Shown: positions 63,640 to 64,000 of the stretch, in pieces
Position numbering within the stretch: the stretch's first letter is position 1
Layout of the letters: each line of letters opens with the position of its first letter
Source of the DNA: the human T2T-CHM13v2.0 reference genome, Homo sapiens
Direction: 5' to 3' (one strand)
Length of the DNA: 64,000 nucleotides
Assembly (NCBI RefSeq): GCF_009914755.1
Contig: NC_060935.1
Notes under the pieces: generated by a model
The model's database searches: none
Told to the model about the DNA's origin: nothing
Seen by the model: only the letters and a program-made list of their open reading frames with translations
Program-made: the position numbers and the translations under genes

Positions 63640-63790
63640 AAGATATTCCATTTTGCAGGTGTGGAAATTGAGGCTGACTGAGTTTAAGTGATCTAAGATG
63701 ACAGAACAAAAAGCAGTAGAGCTAGGATTCAAAGCCAGGTGGGTTTCATTGCAGTGCCTGTGTTATTTCTATTACACCATGCTGCCTTTG
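63640..63790 (-). mobile_element. MIR SINE
   Basis: 'ccattttgcaggtgtggaaattgaggct...agagctaggattcaaagccagg'. Confidence 0.75.
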
Positions 63791-64000
63791 TCCACCAGAC
63801 TCACAGCCAGAGAAGAAAGTTTGAACACACACCACTGTTAGGTGCAAAAACAAAATGAGTTTGTTGATGAAGATGCTGATTTAGAGGAGGTAGTGGAGGA
63901 GACTGGAGAGAATAAACCTAAAGAGGATGTTGTAGGGAATTCACCCTGAGAAATTCAGATCCGCCTCTGGGACTGGAGAAGGAGGACATTCCAGGAGCTC

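Overview
This is primate (human-like) non-coding genomic DNA. I found no credible protein-coding gene, RNA gene or CRISPR array. The ORF-track entries are chance ORFs in GC-rich DNA, Alu- or microsatellite-derived ORFs, or fragments of a dead L1 ORF2. About 37 Alu or Alu-monomer copies are present, all with J- or S-type diagnostics and none clearly AluY. Other repeats are a 5'-truncated ~4.3 kb L1PA15-like element, older L1M fossils, L2 and MIR relics, many solo LTRs (MER52D, MER51A, LTR47, MER34-like, MER57-like, THE1, MST, MLT1), hAT MITEs and micro/minisatellites. The first ~24 kb is mostly unique, GC-rich sequence with short AT-rich islands dense in homeodomain/POU/SOX-type motifs, which look like developmental enhancers. 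Much of 28-63 kb is nested transposon fossils carrying several small template-switch or duplication scars. I found no evidence for a new biological system; the best leads are the candidate enhancer islands, an 18-bp-spaced inverted Alu pair and the repair scars. Subfamily names come from recalled consensus features and need RepeatMasker/Dfam confirmation.
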